The notes under the pieces: generated by a model
Seen by the model: the letters and a program-made list of their open reading frames with translations, nothing else
Database searches by the model: none
Told to the model about the DNA's origin: nothing
Shown here: one piece after another, positions 42,904 through 53,203 of the stretch
Position numbering within the stretch: the first letter of the stretch is position 1
Layout of the letters: each line of letters begins with the position of its first letter
Program-made: the position numbers and the translations under genes
Assembly: GCA_036388595.1 (NCBI GenBank)
Contig: DASVRN010000308.1
Coordinates: 1 to 57,748, forward strand
DNA: 57,748 nt
From: Chloroflexia bacterium
GTDB lineage: Bacteria > Chloroflexota > Chloroflexia > QHBQ01 > JADMIH01
Reading direction: 5' to 3'

Positions 42904-44376
42904 CTAGTCCGAATTGGCCTGCGCGAGCTCTATGAGCGTCCGGATCATTACGCCGGTCGCGCCCTTCATCTGCCAGCTAGTGTCTCTTTCCGTGTAGGCA
43001 GTACCCGCCACGTCAAGGTGCACCCAGGGCGTGTCACCGACGAACTGCTGGAGGAAGGCTCCCGCCGTCAGTGCCCCGCCGAAGCGGCCGCCTGTGTTCA
43101 TCATGTCGGCAATGTTGCTCTTGAGCTTGTCGGTGTACTCGGGGTAGAGGGGCATCTGCCAGAGCGGTTCTCCGGCAGTCCCGGCGGCGGCAAGCACCTG
43201 GTTCGTCCACTCCTCGTTGTTGCCCATCGCGCCCGTGGCGACGTCACCGAGGGCGACCTTAATAGCGCCTGTTAGCGTCGCCACGTCAACCAGGCGTTCG
43301 GCCCCCCGCTTGCGCGCAAGGTCCAGCGCGTCCGCAAGCACCAGGCGGCCCTCGGCGTCGGTATTGATGATCTCTATCGTCTTACCGTTCGCCGCCCGGA
43401 CGACGTCCCCGGGGCGTGTGGCGCTACCACCGGGCATGTTCTCGACCAGTCCGGCCACCGCGATCACATTGGCTCTCAAGCCGAGCTGTGCGATGCCGCC
43501 GATAGCCGAAATCACAGCCGCCGCTCCGCACATATCGTACTTCATGTAGTGCATGTCTGCCGCGGGCTTGATGGAGATGCCGCCCGTGTCGAACGTGACA
43601 CCTTTGCCCACTAACCCTAGCGTGGGACCCGCACCGCCGTTGTAAGTGAGCACCACGACCCGCGGGGGCCACTTGCTGCCTTCCGCCACGCTCAGAAGCG
43701 AGCCCATGCCCGCCTCACGCAGTTCATCTTCACCTAGCACCTGGCACTCTATGCCACAGTCGGCTGCCCAACGCTGCGCTTCCTCGGCAGCACGCACCGG
43801 GGTCATGATGTTCGCGGGTTCGTCTCCAAGCCAACGCCCGAAGTTTACGGCCGTGGCGACCTTGCGGCCTCGTTCGAGTGCTTCTGAGGCCTCCTGCCCC
43901 GCCTCAGCAACCACTATCTGCAAGGTCAAGACTTCGGCTTTGTGGTCGCGGTCCTTATATAGGTCAGAATCGGCCAGTCCGGTGAGTGCACCATCCGCTA
44001 TGGACTGCACCAGTAAGCTGGTGGTCACCGCACCGGCAATGGGAAGGGCAATCGCCACGCGGCCCGCTTTCTTGGCGCGGGCCTGCCTGACCGCTATAGC
44101 CGCCAGCCGCCTTACGGTACGAACGTCGTAGGCGGCCGATTTGCCGGTGCCAATCAGGAGCGCCCTGCGGGCCCGCCCCGGTGTCGGGTAAAGCCATTCT
44201 AGCTCGTATGCCTTACCTTTGAACGCACCATCCTCGATCACGCGCCCTAATAGGCCGGACCACTCAGTATCCAGTGCCTGTGCCGCCGGGGAGAGTGTGT
44301 CTTCCTGCGCCACCCCAATCAGCAGCAGGTCTGTATCAATAGATGCAAGGGGCTGCGACGTTACTTCGATATTCAC
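42904..44376 (-). CDS. pepA: leucyl aminopeptidase (M17)
   Basis: NTDAEGRLVLADAL and VGKGVTFDTGG motifs. GTG start with an AGGAGAGGA RBS, directly downstream of the FNR gene. Confidence 0.95.
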   Translation of the reverse strand: MNIEVTSQPLASIDTDLLLIGVAQEDTLSPAAQALDTEWSGLLGRVIEDGAFKGKAYELEWLYPTPGRARRALLIGTGKSAAYDVRTVRRLAAIAVRQARAKKAGRVAIALPIAGAVTTSLLVQSIADGALTGLADSDLYKDRDHKAEVLTLQIVVAEAGQEASEALERGRKVATAVNFGRWLGDEPANIMTPVRAAEEAQRWAADCGIECQVLGEDELREAGMGSLLSVAEGSKWPPRVVVLTYNGGAGPTLGLVGKGVTFDTGGISIKPAADMHYMKYDMCGAAAVISAIGGIAQLGLRANVIAVAGLVENMPGGSATRPGDVVRAANGKTIEIINTDAEGRLVLADALDLARKRGAERLVDVATLTGAIKVALGDVATGAMGNNEEWTNQVLAAAGTAGEPLWQMPLYPEYTDKLKSNIADMMNTGGRFGGALTAGAFLQQFVGDTPWVHLDVAGTAYTERDTSWQMKGATGVMIRTLIELAQANSD

Positions 44377-44393
44377 TGTGTGTCCTCTCCTGG

Positions 44394-45467
44394 CTACATC
44401 TTCTCGCTGGAATGGCCGGGGAAGATGCTTGCCTTGGGGTCGATATAGTTCTTGGCTACGTTGACCGCCATCGCCGCCTGGCCGTAGCCGGTGGCAATAA
44501 GGTTCATCTTCACTTCTTCGGCGGCAATGTCACCGGCCGCATATATCCCCGGCAGGTTCGTCTCCATGCGGTAGTTGACCACAATGCCGCGCTTGTCGAG
44601 CGTCAGGCCCCACTCGCGTATCGGACCGATGTCCGCCTTGAAGCCTATATTTACCAGGATAGCATCAACGTGCAGCGTCTGCTCGTCGTTGGTCTTGTTG
44701 TTGTAAATGGTCACCCGCTCCAGCCTGCCGTCACCGGCGACCTCTTTCACCTCATACGGCGTCAGCACGGTGGCCTTCGAGTTCATCATCTCGGTGACCG
44801 AACTCTCATGCGCCCGGAACTCGCTACGGCGGTGGATGACGGTGATGGACTTGGCAACATCCTGGAGGTTGAGCGCCCAGTCAACAGCCGAGTCGCCACC
44901 GCCAACGATGAGGAGGTCTTTCCCCTGGAAGGTCGCTTTCTCTTTTACAAAGTAATAGACTGCTTGGCCCTCAAGCTCGTTGACGCCGGGGGCATTCAGT
45001 TTGTTGGGTGCGAACGCGCCGACGCCAGCCGCTATGACGATGGCCTTTGAGAGGTGCGTAGCTTTATCCGTCGTGAGCACCCAATGCCCCTCGGCCGCCT
45101 GTTCCAGCCTGAGCACGCGCTCTCCCAGCACCATGCTGGGGTTCCATTGCATAGCCTGCTCCACGAGGTTCTGCACCAGGTCCTTGGCTACGATCCGCGG
45201 GAACCCCGGAGCGTCGTAGATGTACTTCTCCGGATAGAGGGCCATGAGTTGACCGCCCGGCTCCGGGAGCGCATCGATGATCTTGGTCTTCATGGTGCGC
45301 ATGCCCGCGTAGAACGTCGCGAACAGCCCGGTCGGCCCCGCGCCGATGATCGTTACGTCGTAAATGTCCGCACCCGCGCTACCATCGCTCGTGGCGCTGC
45401 CTTCTTGTAAATCAGGTAGCCCTTCCGGCGCTGTGGCTCCGTTGCCAGTTCGCTCCGTCGAGTCCAT
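44394..45467 (-). CDS. ferredoxin-NADP+ reductase, thioredoxin-reductase-like type (YumC-like)
   Basis: YDVTIIGAGPTGLFATFYAGMR, LIVGGGDSAVDWA, GDIAA motifs. GGAGGA RBS. Confidence 0.9.
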   Translation of the reverse strand: MDSTERTGNGATAPEGLPDLQEGSATSDGSAGADIYDVTIIGAGPTGLFATFYAGMRTMKTKIIDALPEPGGQLMALYPEKYIYDAPGFPRIVAKDLVQNLVEQAMQWNPSMVLGERVLRLEQAAEGHWVLTTDKATHLSKAIVIAAGVGAFAPNKLNAPGVNELEGQAVYYFVKEKATFQGKDLLIVGGGDSAVDWALNLQDVAKSITVIHRRSEFRAHESSVTEMMNSKATVLTPYEVKEVAGDGRLERVTIYNNKTNDEQTLHVDAILVNIGFKADIGPIREWGLTLDKRGIVVNYRMETNLPGIYAAGDIAAEEVKMNLIATGYGQAAMAVNVAKNYIDPKASIFPGHSSEKM

Positions 45468-45520
45468 TCATTCCTCCATCTCGCGTATTCCGTGTCGTGA
45501 TTGCTTTTTGAGGCCAGCGC

Positions 45521-45549
45521 ATTATAACGTACGGGGCAGGCATGAACAA
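45521..45549 (-). promoter_or_regulatory. sigma70-like promoter for the FNR-pepA operon (minus strand)
   Basis: On the minus strand: TTGTTC (45544-45549), 17-nt spacer, TATAAT (45521-45526). Confidence 0.5.
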
Positions 45550-45570
45550 CTGAGGGACTTCGATACCAAT

Positions 45571-45619
45571 GAACAAGGATAGGCCTGCCGAGAGTTCGTC
45601 GGCAGGCCTATCCTTGTTC
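45571..45619 (-). terminator. 21-bp perfect hairpin downstream of the SLH/amidase genes
   Basis: GAACAAGGATAGGCCTGCCGA (45571-45591) pairs with TCGGCAGGCCTATCCTTGTTC (45599-45619) across a 7-nt loop. Confidence 0.6.
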
Positions 45620-45628
45620 CGTACTACG

Positions 45629-46396
45629 CTATTTTCTAGCTGGCAGCGAAGAAGTTGACGTAGGCAGCGCGGAGGTTCCGTCGTCCGGCTTGCTGCGCGG
45701 TAGCCACGGCTGCGTGGCAATCGTGAGGACCTTGGACACCTGCGCCCGTGACATGCCCACCTGCGGCCTGAACGTGCCGTCAGCGTAGCCATTTATGATG
45801 CCCTGGCGGTAGGCAGCCTCCACGTACCCGAAAGCCCAGTGGTTGCCCGGTATGTCAGAGAACGTGGCGACGGGCGGATAGGCTTGCGCCCAATTGGCTG
45901 CAACCGAGATCATCTTGACGGCCTGTCCGCGTGTCACCGGCTCGTTCGGCCGGAACGTGCCGTCCGGGTAGCCGCCCACTATGCCGGCCTTCGCCGCCGT
46001 CTCGACAAACGCCGAGTACGTGCTGCCGAGGGGAACGTCGCGGAAGCTGGCCTGGTTGGGCACCTGCCAGGTCATATTGAAGCCAAGCACCAGCATTTTT
46101 GTGAACTGCCCGCGTGTGATGTCGGAGTTGGGCCGGAAAGTGCCATCGGGGAATCCCGACACCACGTTGCGGCAATACAGGTTGGAAATGTAGGAGTATG
46201 CCCAGTTGGTATCCGGCAGGTCGTAGAAGCGCATGTTGCAAGGGCCGGGCGTCCAGGTGGGTATGGGAGTAGCGGTGTTCGCGGGCACACGAGTGTTCGT
46301 CGGCACGCGTGTATTCGTGGCTGTGGCGGGCGGCCTGTAGGGCGTAGACGTCGCGGCGGGCGGTGGTGATGCAGTACCATCGGCTGGTATCCACAT
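45629..46396 (-). CDS. Pro/Thr-rich linker plus three SLH domains, no signal peptide; probably the detached C-terminus of the upstream amidase
   Basis: SLH repeats FYDLPDTNWAYSYI..., FRDVPLGSTYSAFV..., FSDIPGNHWAFGYV.... Same reading frame as 46406..48028, separated by TAG plus 3 codons. Confidence 0.7.
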   Translation of the reverse strand: MWIPADGTASPPPAATSTPYRPPATATNTRVPTNTRVPANTATPIPTWTPGPCNMRFYDLPDTNWAYSYISNLYCRNVVSGFPDGTFRPNSDITRGQFTKMLVLGFNMTWQVPNQASFRDVPLGSTYSAFVETAAKAGIVGGYPDGTFRPNEPVTRGQAVKMISVAANWAQAYPPVATFSDIPGNHWAFGYVEAAYRQGIINGYADGTFRPQVGMSRAQVSKVLTIATQPWLPRSKPDDGTSALPTSTSSLPARK

Positions 46397-46405
46397 GACG
46401 GCGTC

Positions 46406-48028
46406 CTACCAGACGTTGCGCCCGCTCTCCCCCGTGTAGTCATCCAGGTAGACCCGGGCTTCCGCCCACGCGTTGAAGTGGAACTTGCCCAGATGCGCCC
46501 AGTCCCCAACGCCGCGGTCCGTAATGGCCTTCTGGCTAACGGCAGCAGTCTTGGCACCATCCGAAGCGTACACTGTGTAGCGCGCGTTCTCGGTGTCAGC
46601 CGTGTTGTTGTCCACGTAGGGAACAAAGGCATACAGGTCGTAATAGCCAGTGCTCGGCAGGTAAGCGGTCCACGTGCCTGAGTTCTCGGACGACGACTGG
46701 CTTGTTACTGACTTGGTGGTCAGGGTGCTTGAGCCGCCGTAGCCGCTGCCATAGGTCCACCAGGCGTGGTCCGCGTCCAGCTGTGCCGGTGACGCCGAGA
46801 ACCCGCTGTCTGTGTTGTCCACCAGCCCGGAACGCCGCGAATCGCCGCGCACAAGGCCCATATAGTAGGCCCAGTCCCACCTGGGGCCGGGGTCCTGGTG
46901 GGTTGCGCCGGGCACCTCCGAGTGGGCGATGACGCGGCTTCGGTCCTTCTTGATGCCGTAGCGGTCGGACATGGTCGCCACGAGCTTGGCCGAGGCCCGG
47001 TACATCGGCTCGGTATACCAGCCGCTCTGGTTCATATAGCCTTCATGCTCGATGCCAATCGAACAAATATTGTACTTCCAGCTGCCCGCGTGATGGCCGG
47101 TGTCGGCGTTGCGCACCATCTGCGTCATATGGCCGTCGGAAGAGCGGATTACGTAGTGGGCGCTGACACCGGAGCTTGAATTCTTGAACCAGTTTATCGC
47201 GGAGTTATAGCTGCCTTCGGTGTCGTGGACAACAAAGTACTTAATAGAGCTACACAGCCCGCTAGACTGCGACCAGGGCCTCCCGGACGTGTAGTTGTTG
47301 CTGTGCGCCGGTACCCAATTCGCATCTGAGTAGTCTTCACTGTTGGGTGATTGCGCCGTTGAGGATCGCGCGGGAACTTGGACACCATCTGCGGGAGGTA
47401 CGGCAAGGGTCTCGCCCGACGTCAGCTTAGCACTGGCACCCCCGGCAAGTACGCGAAATACCTCGCGAGCATATTCGTCCCGCACCCAGGCGTCCTGTGC
47501 ACCCGAATATTCTGCCACGGCTTCAAACCAGCGGGTCCACATATCAGCGGACTTACCGCTTGAACTTAGCTGTCGGGATATGTCCCTTAGAAGGGCGGCC
47601 CCACCCTCTATATTCGCCGCCGCGTGGAGCTTGAGGTCAGCGATGGGGCGGCCCGTAAGCTCGGTCGCTCTTTGGAGGGTTCCGGCCGCGCCATCCACCA
47701 GATGCATGACACCGTAGCCGCCATCCATTGATGGCTCACCGCCGCGCTGCTCCCAGTGCGATTCGACGTAGCCGACCGCCATGAGCAACTCCACGGGCAC
47801 GCCCCAGCGCGAGGCTGCAAGGTCGAATGCCTCCCGTAGCTCAGAAGCGGGCACGGAAGTCGCCTGCGCTACAACCACAGGCGTGTGCGGCGGCGACTCG
47901 GCGGCTTTCGTTGTAGTACCGAACAGGTTGAGGAGGGCAAGCAGGCAGGCCAACATAGCCGCAGGCGGTACAAAACGCCTGCTCTTAGCGACCGCGCGCG
48001 AGGATGGTCTGTTTAAGGGGCTGTCCAT
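46406..48028 (-). CDS. secreted peptidoglycan hydrolase: SLT-like transglycosylase domain plus N-acetylmuramoyl-L-alanine amidase (Amidase_2/PGRP) domain
   Basis: Signal anchor AAMLACLLALLNLFG. SLT-like LLMAVGYVESHWE...GYGVMHL. Amidase_2 KYFVVHDTEGSYNSAINWF...SAHYVIRSSDG...IGIEHEG. Confidence 0.85.
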   Translation of the reverse strand: MDSPLNRPSSRAVAKSRRFVPPAAMLACLLALLNLFGTTTKAAESPPHTPVVVAQATSVPASELREAFDLAASRWGVPVELLMAVGYVESHWEQRGGEPSMDGGYGVMHLVDGAAGTLQRATELTGRPIADLKLHAAANIEGGAALLRDISRQLSSSGKSADMWTRWFEAVAEYSGAQDAWVRDEYAREVFRVLAGGASAKLTSGETLAVPPADGVQVPARSSTAQSPNSEDYSDANWVPAHSNNYTSGRPWSQSSGLCSSIKYFVVHDTEGSYNSAINWFKNSSSGVSAHYVIRSSDGHMTQMVRNADTGHHAGSWKYNICSIGIEHEGYMNQSGWYTEPMYRASAKLVATMSDRYGIKKDRSRVIAHSEVPGATHQDPGPRWDWAYYMGLVRGDSRRSGLVDNTDSGFSASPAQLDADHAWWTYGSGYGGSSTLTTKSVTSQSSSENSGTWTAYLPSTGYYDLYAFVPYVDNNTADTENARYTVYASDGAKTAAVSQKAITDRGVGDWAHLGKFHFNAWAEARVYLDDYTGESGRNVW

Positions 48029-48292
48029 AGGCGACCTCGTGAGTTGTGTGATGTAAGACCCAAGGTGCTCCGGCTGACCGGGAGCTGGGACCGGGCTGCT
48101 ACCGAATGACTATGGTGTATGGTATACAGTTACGACGCATAGTAAAGCATTCGGTTGCGTGTATATGCTGCTTCAATTTTACGGTCGCGCGACCTTAATC
48201 TCAATACGACATTCGTACCATTTTAGCGACACATCTGCCGTAGGAGGTTCTTAGGGGGATATGTAGCACCGAACGCTCCGCTGTGTGCAGTC

Positions 48293-48320
48293 TTGACAGG
48301 CAGGCACGCGAGAGTATAAT
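48293..48320 (+). promoter_or_regulatory. near-consensus sigma70 promoter for the ferredoxin gene
   Basis: TTGACA (48293-48298), 16-nt spacer, TATAAT (48315-48320). GAGGAGG RBS at 48371-48377. Confidence 0.55.
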
Positions 48321-48388
48321 GATGCCTGAAGCTACGCAATTTTCTCTGGCCCAAAAGCGGGCAATACTCAGAGGAGGACCCGACCCAC

Positions 48389-48649
48389 ATGACCTACGTA
48401 ATCACCGAGCCGTGCATCAACGTCAAAGACGCCGCCTGCGTGGACGTCTGCCCGGTGGACTGCATTCACCCGCGCAAGGACGAGCCGGGCCACGCGGAAG
48501 TGCTGCAACTCTTCATCAACCCCGACGAGTGCATTGACTGTGGTGCTTGCGAGCCGGAATGTCCGGTGAACGCAATATACCCCGAAGATGACGTGCCGGA
48601 AGAGTACCAGGAGTATACCGCTAAGAATCGCGAATTCTTCGATCTCTAG
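48389..48649 (+). CDS. fdxA: ferredoxin (two Fe-S cluster motifs, FdxA-like)
   Basis: [28 protein letters not shown] and [16 protein letters not shown]. Confidence 0.95.
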   Translation: MTYVITEPCINVKDAACVDVCPVDCIHPRKDEPGHAEVLQLFINPDECIDCGACEPECPVNAIYPEDDVPEEYQEYTAKNREFFDL

Positions 48650-48652
48650 TCC

Positions 48653-48682
48653 AGGGGCAAGCTCTCACCGGCTTGCCTTTAT
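48653..48682 (+). terminator. probable Rho-independent terminator after the ferredoxin gene
   Basis: GGGGCAAGC pairs with GCTTGCCTT across an 8-nt loop, followed by TTAT. Confidence 0.5.
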
Positions 48683-48766
48683 ACCCCGACCAATGGACCT
48701 CCGGCTGCCTGCTCAACCGGGGGTCCACCACTGTCACCTTTCCCAAAGGAACCACACCGCTCACAC

Positions 48767-50374
48767 ATGGCCGTCATTAAGTCCCACGTCTCCACAAGCG
48801 CGGACCAGTTCAAAGAGAACCGGGTCCACATGTCCGCTCTCGTTTCGCAGTTGCGCGAGCGGTTGGGCACCGTGCGCCTGGGTGGTGGCCCCGAATCGAT
48901 AGCGCGTCACCAGTCTCGTGGTAAGCTCCTCGCCCGCGACCGTATAGAGCTGCTTCTCGACCCCGGCACTGCCTTCATGGAGCTATCGGCCTTAGCTGCC
49001 TGGGATATGTATAACGGAGACGCACCAGCCGCCGGCGTGGTCACCGGCATAGGCGTGGTGTCCGGGCAGGAGTGCGTCATCGTAGCCAACGACGCCACTG
49101 TAAAGGGCGGCACCTACTACCCCATCACCGTGAAGAAGCACCTGCGCGCCCAAGAGATCGCCGAGGAGAACCACCTCCCCTGCATCTACCTGGTGGACTC
49201 CGGTGGCGCGTTTCTGCCGCTACAGGCCGAGGTGTTCCCCGACCGCGACCACTTCGGTCGAATCTTCTACAACCAGGCTAACCTTTCGGCCAAGGCAATC
49301 CCGCAAATCGCGGTGGTCATGGGGTCCTGCACGGCAGGTGGAGCTTACGTCCCCGCCATGTCTGACGAGAGCGTGATTGTCAAAGGCACGGGCACTATAT
49401 TCCTGGGTGGGCCGCCCCTGGTCAAGGCCGCGACGGGTGAAGAGGTCACCGCGGAGGAGTTGGGCGGGGGCGAGGTCCACAGCCGTATCAGCGGGGTTAC
49501 TGACCACCTCGCAGTGGACGACGAGCACGCCCTTGCCATCACGAGGGACATTGTAGCCAACCTCCACCGCCGCAAGGAGCTACCCTGGGAGGTAATCAGC
49601 CCCGAACCTCCGTTGTACGACCCGTCGGAAATCTACGGCATCGTTCAGAAGGACGCCCGCAGGCCCTACGACGTGCGAGATATAATCGCCAGGATTGTGG
49701 ATGGGTCTCGCTTCCACGAGTTCAAGCCGCTCTATGGCTCCACGCTCGTCTGCGGTTTCGCGCGCATCATGGGCTACCCGGCAGGCATAATCGCCAACAA
49801 CGGCATCCTGTTTTCCGAGAGCGCGTTGAAGGGTGCTCACTTCATAGAGCTTTGCGCCCAGCGCCGCGTTCCTTTGGTCTTCTTGCAGAATATCACCGGC
49901 TTCATGGTCGGCAAGGAATACGAGAACAGGGGCATCGCCAAGGACGGTGCCAAGATGGTCACCGCCGTCGCCACCGCCGGGGTGCCCAAGTTCACCGTCA
50001 TCATCGGTGGCTCGTTCGGTGCGGGCAACTACGCCATGTGCGGGCGGGCTTACCAGCCACGCCAGCTTTGGATGTGGCCCAACGCCCGTATTTCGGTTAT
50101 GGGAGGGCAGCAGGCGGCTAACGTGCTGCTCACGGTCCGCCGCGACAACCTGCGCGCGCAGGGCAAGGACATGACGCCCGACGAGCAGGCAGAGTTCATG
50201 CAGCCCACCCTGGACAAGTACGAGGAGGAGGGCAACCCCTACTATTCGACAGCCCGACTGTGGGACGATGGCATAATCGACCCGTTGGACACTCGCATGG
50301 TGCTGGGGCTGGGCATCGCCGCCTCCGCGAACGCCCCTATTCAGCAGACGCACTTCGGCGTGTTCAGGATGTGA
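48767..50374 (+). CDS. methylcrotonyl-CoA carboxylase carboxyltransferase (beta) subunit
   Basis: A 535-aa acyl-CoA carboxyltransferase ([27 protein letters not shown]..., two crotonase-like halves). The assignment rests on its context with the hydratase, the biotin carboxylase and HMG-CoA lyase. Confidence 0.85.
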   Translation: MAVIKSHVSTSADQFKENRVHMSALVSQLRERLGTVRLGGGPESIARHQSRGKLLARDRIELLLDPGTAFMELSALAAWDMYNGDAPAAGVVTGIGVVSGQECVIVANDATVKGGTYYPITVKKHLRAQEIAEENHLPCIYLVDSGGAFLPLQAEVFPDRDHFGRIFYNQANLSAKAIPQIAVVMGSCTAGGAYVPAMSDESVIVKGTGTIFLGGPPLVKAATGEEVTAEELGGGEVHSRISGVTDHLAVDDEHALAITRDIVANLHRRKELPWEVISPEPPLYDPSEIYGIVQKDARRPYDVRDIIARIVDGSRFHEFKPLYGSTLVCGFARIMGYPAGIIANNGILFSESALKGAHFIELCAQRRVPLVFLQNITGFMVGKEYENRGIAKDGAKMVTAVATAGVPKFTVIIGGSFGAGNYAMCGRAYQPRQLWMWPNARISVMGGQQAANVLLTVRRDNLRAQGKDMTPDEQAEFMQPTLDKYEEEGNPYYSTARLWDDGIIDPLDTRMVLGLGIAASANAPIQQTHFGVFRM

Positions 50375-50378
50375 TGTA

Positions 50379-51170
50379 ATGCAGCAACCGGAGCTACTCA
50401 ACGTTGAGGTCAGCGCAGGGGTCGCACGAGTTACACTCAACAGGCCCGAAGTCCGCAACGCCTTCAACTCCCAGCTAATTGAAGAACTTCGCACTACCTT
50501 CCCGGGCATAGGCGACGGCACGTTTGGTGACGTTCGGGCGGCAGTGCTGTCCGGCGCGGGCCAATCGTTCTGCGCAGGGGCTGACGTCAACTGGATGCGC
50601 GCCAGCCTCGACTTCACCCACGAGCAGAACGTCGCGGATGCTACGAGCATGTCGGACATGTTTGACCGGATTGACCGCTGCCCTGTGCCTGTTATTTGTA
50701 GGATACAGGGGGCTGCCCTGGGCGGCGGCGTCGGCCTGGCTGCTGTCTGTGACATCGTAGTTGCGGCTGATAATGCCGTCTGGGCCTTCTCGGAGGCCAA
50801 GCTCGGCATCGCACCCGCCGTCATTTCCCCCTACGTGCTGGCGAAGATCGGGCGGGGCCACGCGCGCGCTCTCTTCCTTACGGCGGAACGCTTCGACAGC
50901 CTGCGCGCCCAGCAGATTGGCCTTGCTCACGTCGTCGTAGCTGAGAGCGACCTGGACAGGGAAGTTGAGCGGCTTTTGCGCGAACTCAAGAGCAGTTCGG
51001 GCAGGGCCATCGCGAAGGCGAAGGAACTTATCCGCATGGTGCCTGCGTTGGAGCCGTCGAACGCGAAGGAGTTGACAGTGCAAACTATCGCGGCGCTGCG
51101 GGTAAGTCCCGACGGGCAAGAGGGGTTGCGGGCCTTCCTCGAGAAGAGGAAGCCGGAGTGGGCGGGCTGA
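50379..51170 (+). CDS. enoyl-CoA hydratase family (methylglutaconyl-CoA hydratase-like)
   Basis: Crotonase motif GAGQSFCAGADVNWM and ...GAALGGGVGLAA. Confidence 0.85.
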   Translation: MQQPELLNVEVSAGVARVTLNRPEVRNAFNSQLIEELRTTFPGIGDGTFGDVRAAVLSGAGQSFCAGADVNWMRASLDFTHEQNVADATSMSDMFDRIDRCPVPVICRIQGAALGGGVGLAAVCDIVVAADNAVWAFSEAKLGIAPAVISPYVLAKIGRGHARALFLTAERFDSLRAQQIGLAHVVVAESDLDREVERLLRELKSSSGRAIAKAKELIRMVPALEPSNAKELTVQTIAALRVSPDGQEGLRAFLEKRKPEWAG

Positions 51171-53203
51171 TGGTGTTTCGCAAGATTCTAATTGCCAACC
51201 GGGGCGAGATCGCCGTGCGCATTGCCCGCGCCTGCCTCGCCCTTGACATCAAGTCCGTAGCTGTCTATTCAGATGCCGACGAGGGGGCGCTTCACGTTCG
51301 GGCCTGCGATGAAGCCTATCACATCGGACCCGCGCCCGCCCTCGAAAGCTACCTCCGGGGAGACAAGATCATAGAGGTGGCGAAGCGGGCGGGTTGTGAC
51401 GCGGTGCACCCCGGCTATGGCTTCCTGTCGGAGAACGCGGCCTTTGCACGCGCGGTCGGTGACGCGGGCCTGACCTGGATCGGTCCGACTCCCGAAGCAA
51501 TAACATTGATGGGGTCCAAGATCGAGGCAAAGCGGCTGGCCGAACAGGTGGGCGTGCCGGTGGTACCGGGTTACTATGGAGATGAGCAGACGCCGCAACG
51601 CCTCGGAGCAGAGGCAGAGCGAGTCGGCTACCCGGTGCTCATCAAAGCCTCAGCCGGTGGTGGCGGCAAGGGTATGCGCGTGGTAGAAAGGGCGGGGGAC
51701 TTTGTCGCGCAGCTTGAGGGCGCGCAACGCGAGGCGCTGGCCGCCTTCAATGACGCAAGCGTGATGCTCGAAAGGTACCTGACAGAGCCGCGACATATCG
51801 AGGTGCAGGTCCTGGGAGACCAGTACGGCAATCTCGTTCACCTGGGCGAGCGCGAGTGCTCCATACAGCGCAGGCACCAGAAGGTGGTAGAGGAATCGCC
51901 CTCCCCGGCTGTAAACCAGGCGCTGAGAGCGCAAATCACGGGCGCTGCCCTGAAGTTGGCGCGCAGAGCGGGTTACACCAACGCGGGCACCGTTGAGTTC
52001 ATCTTCCAGGATGGTGAATTCTTTTTCCTTGAAATGAATACGCGCCTCCAGGTGGAGCACCCTGTGACTGAACAGGCCCTTAACTTCGACCTGGTGGAAG
52101 CCCAGATTCGCATCGCGAGTGGCGAGCGGCTGTGGGTCGCCCAGGATGAACTAGAATTCGAGGGCCACGCCATTGAAGCCCGCCTCTACGCGGAAGCCCC
52201 CGAGAAGGGATTCCTCCCCGCCACCGGAAAGATAACGCTGCTCAATGCGCCTTACGACGGCTACGGAATTCGTGTAGACGCGGGTGTCTCTGAAGGCGAC
52301 GAGATCAGCCCCTACTACGATCCGATGATCGCCAAGATCGTCGCATCCGGGGAGACGCGGCACCAGGCCCTGACCAGAATGCAGGAGATGCTCGGCAGCA
52401 TGGAGCTTGAGGGCTTGCAGACAAATCTCGACTTCCTGCGCTGGATATTCTCGCACCCACAGTTTGAGCTTGGCAACACCTCGACCCGGTTCATCGAACG
52501 CTATTACCGGCCCGGGGCCTTTACTCTGGTTCCAACTCAGGTGGTACTTGCCGCCGGGGCATTACTGACTCTCTCCCCACGCGACGAGCCAGGCAACCTG
52601 TGGGCGTCAAACAGTTGGCGGCAAGCAGGCCAGGCGATGCATTCCGCGGTGGAGATCGAGGGGCGGGAGTACAGCGTGGAGTTGACTGCGCTGGACAACG
52701 TGGCAAACGGGTACCGGGCAAAGATAGCACAGGGCGAGGAGACGCTGTTCGAGGGGCCTGTCCTGGTTGCCGTGCCGGGTCCGCCGGTCAGCCAGCAAGA
52801 CGTTTCAGGCGTGGGCGCGGCAGTCCAGGTGCGCCTACAGGAGAACGGTCCGCTCTTCATGTTGGAGTGCGGCTACTCCGACACTACGAGGGAAGCATAC
52901 CTCTACTGGGAGGGGCGCGAGTACTGGGTGCGCCGCGCCTCCGCCCTATCCACCGAGCGACTGACCAAGGCCCTCCACCTGAACGACGAAGACAACCTGG
53001 AAAGCCCAATGCCCGGTAAAGTGCTGAAGGTCATGGTTGCTGCGGGCGAGGCGGTAACCGAAGAGCAGCCACTGGTTATAATAGAGGCTATGAAGATGGA
53101 ATTCACGGTGCGCGCGCCACACACGGGCCGAGTTGCGGCCATACTCTTCCCAGAGGGTGCGCAGGTAGCTGCTGGTGACATCCTGGTGGAGTTGGAGAAA
53201 TGA
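51170..53203 (+). CDS. methylcrotonyl-CoA carboxylase alpha subunit (biotin carboxylase plus biotinyl domain)
   Basis: KILIANRGEIAVRIARA, GYPVLIKASAGGGGKGMR, and a C-terminal EAMKME biotinylation motif. Its ATG overlaps the preceding TGA. Confidence 0.9.
   Translation: MVFRKILIANRGEIAVRIARACLALDIKSVAVYSDADEGALHVRACDEAYHIGPAPALESYLRGDKIIEVAKRAGCDAVHPGYGFLSENAAFARAVGDAGLTWIGPTPEAITLMGSKIEAKRLAEQVGVPVVPGYYGDEQTPQRLGAEAERVGYPVLIKASAGGGGKGMRVVERAGDFVAQLEGAQREALAAFNDASVMLERYLTEPRHIEVQVLGDQYGNLVHLGERECSIQRRHQKVVEESPSPAVNQALRAQITGAALKLARRAGYTNAGTVEFIFQDGEFFFLEMNTRLQVEHPVTEQALNFDLVEAQIRIASGERLWVAQDELEFEGHAIEARLYAEAPEKGFLPATGKITLLNAPYDGYGIRVDAGVSEGDEISPYYDPMIAKIVASGETRHQALTRMQEMLGSMELEGLQTNLDFLRWIFSHPQFELGNTSTRFIERYYRPGAFTLVPTQVVLAAGALLTLSPRDEPGNLWASNSWRQAGQAMHSAVEIEGREYSVELTALDNVANGYRAKIAQGEETLFEGPVLVAVPGPPVSQQDVSGVGAAVQVRLQENGPLFMLECGYSDTTREAYLYWEGREYWVRRASALSTERLTKALHLNDEDNLESPMPGKVLKVMVAAGEAVTEEQPLVIIEAMKMEFTVRAPHTGRVAAILFPEGAQVAAGDILVELEK

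Noticed and set aside
46406-46408. Programmed TAG readthrough or recoding (for example pyrrolysine-type) as the explanation for the split amidase/SLH gene
   Set aside because: TAG terminates more than half of the well-supported genes in this window, so it is clearly a functional stop. No pyl genes or recoding signals were seen. A nonsense mutation or sequencing error is more parsimonious, and the point is left open in the finding.
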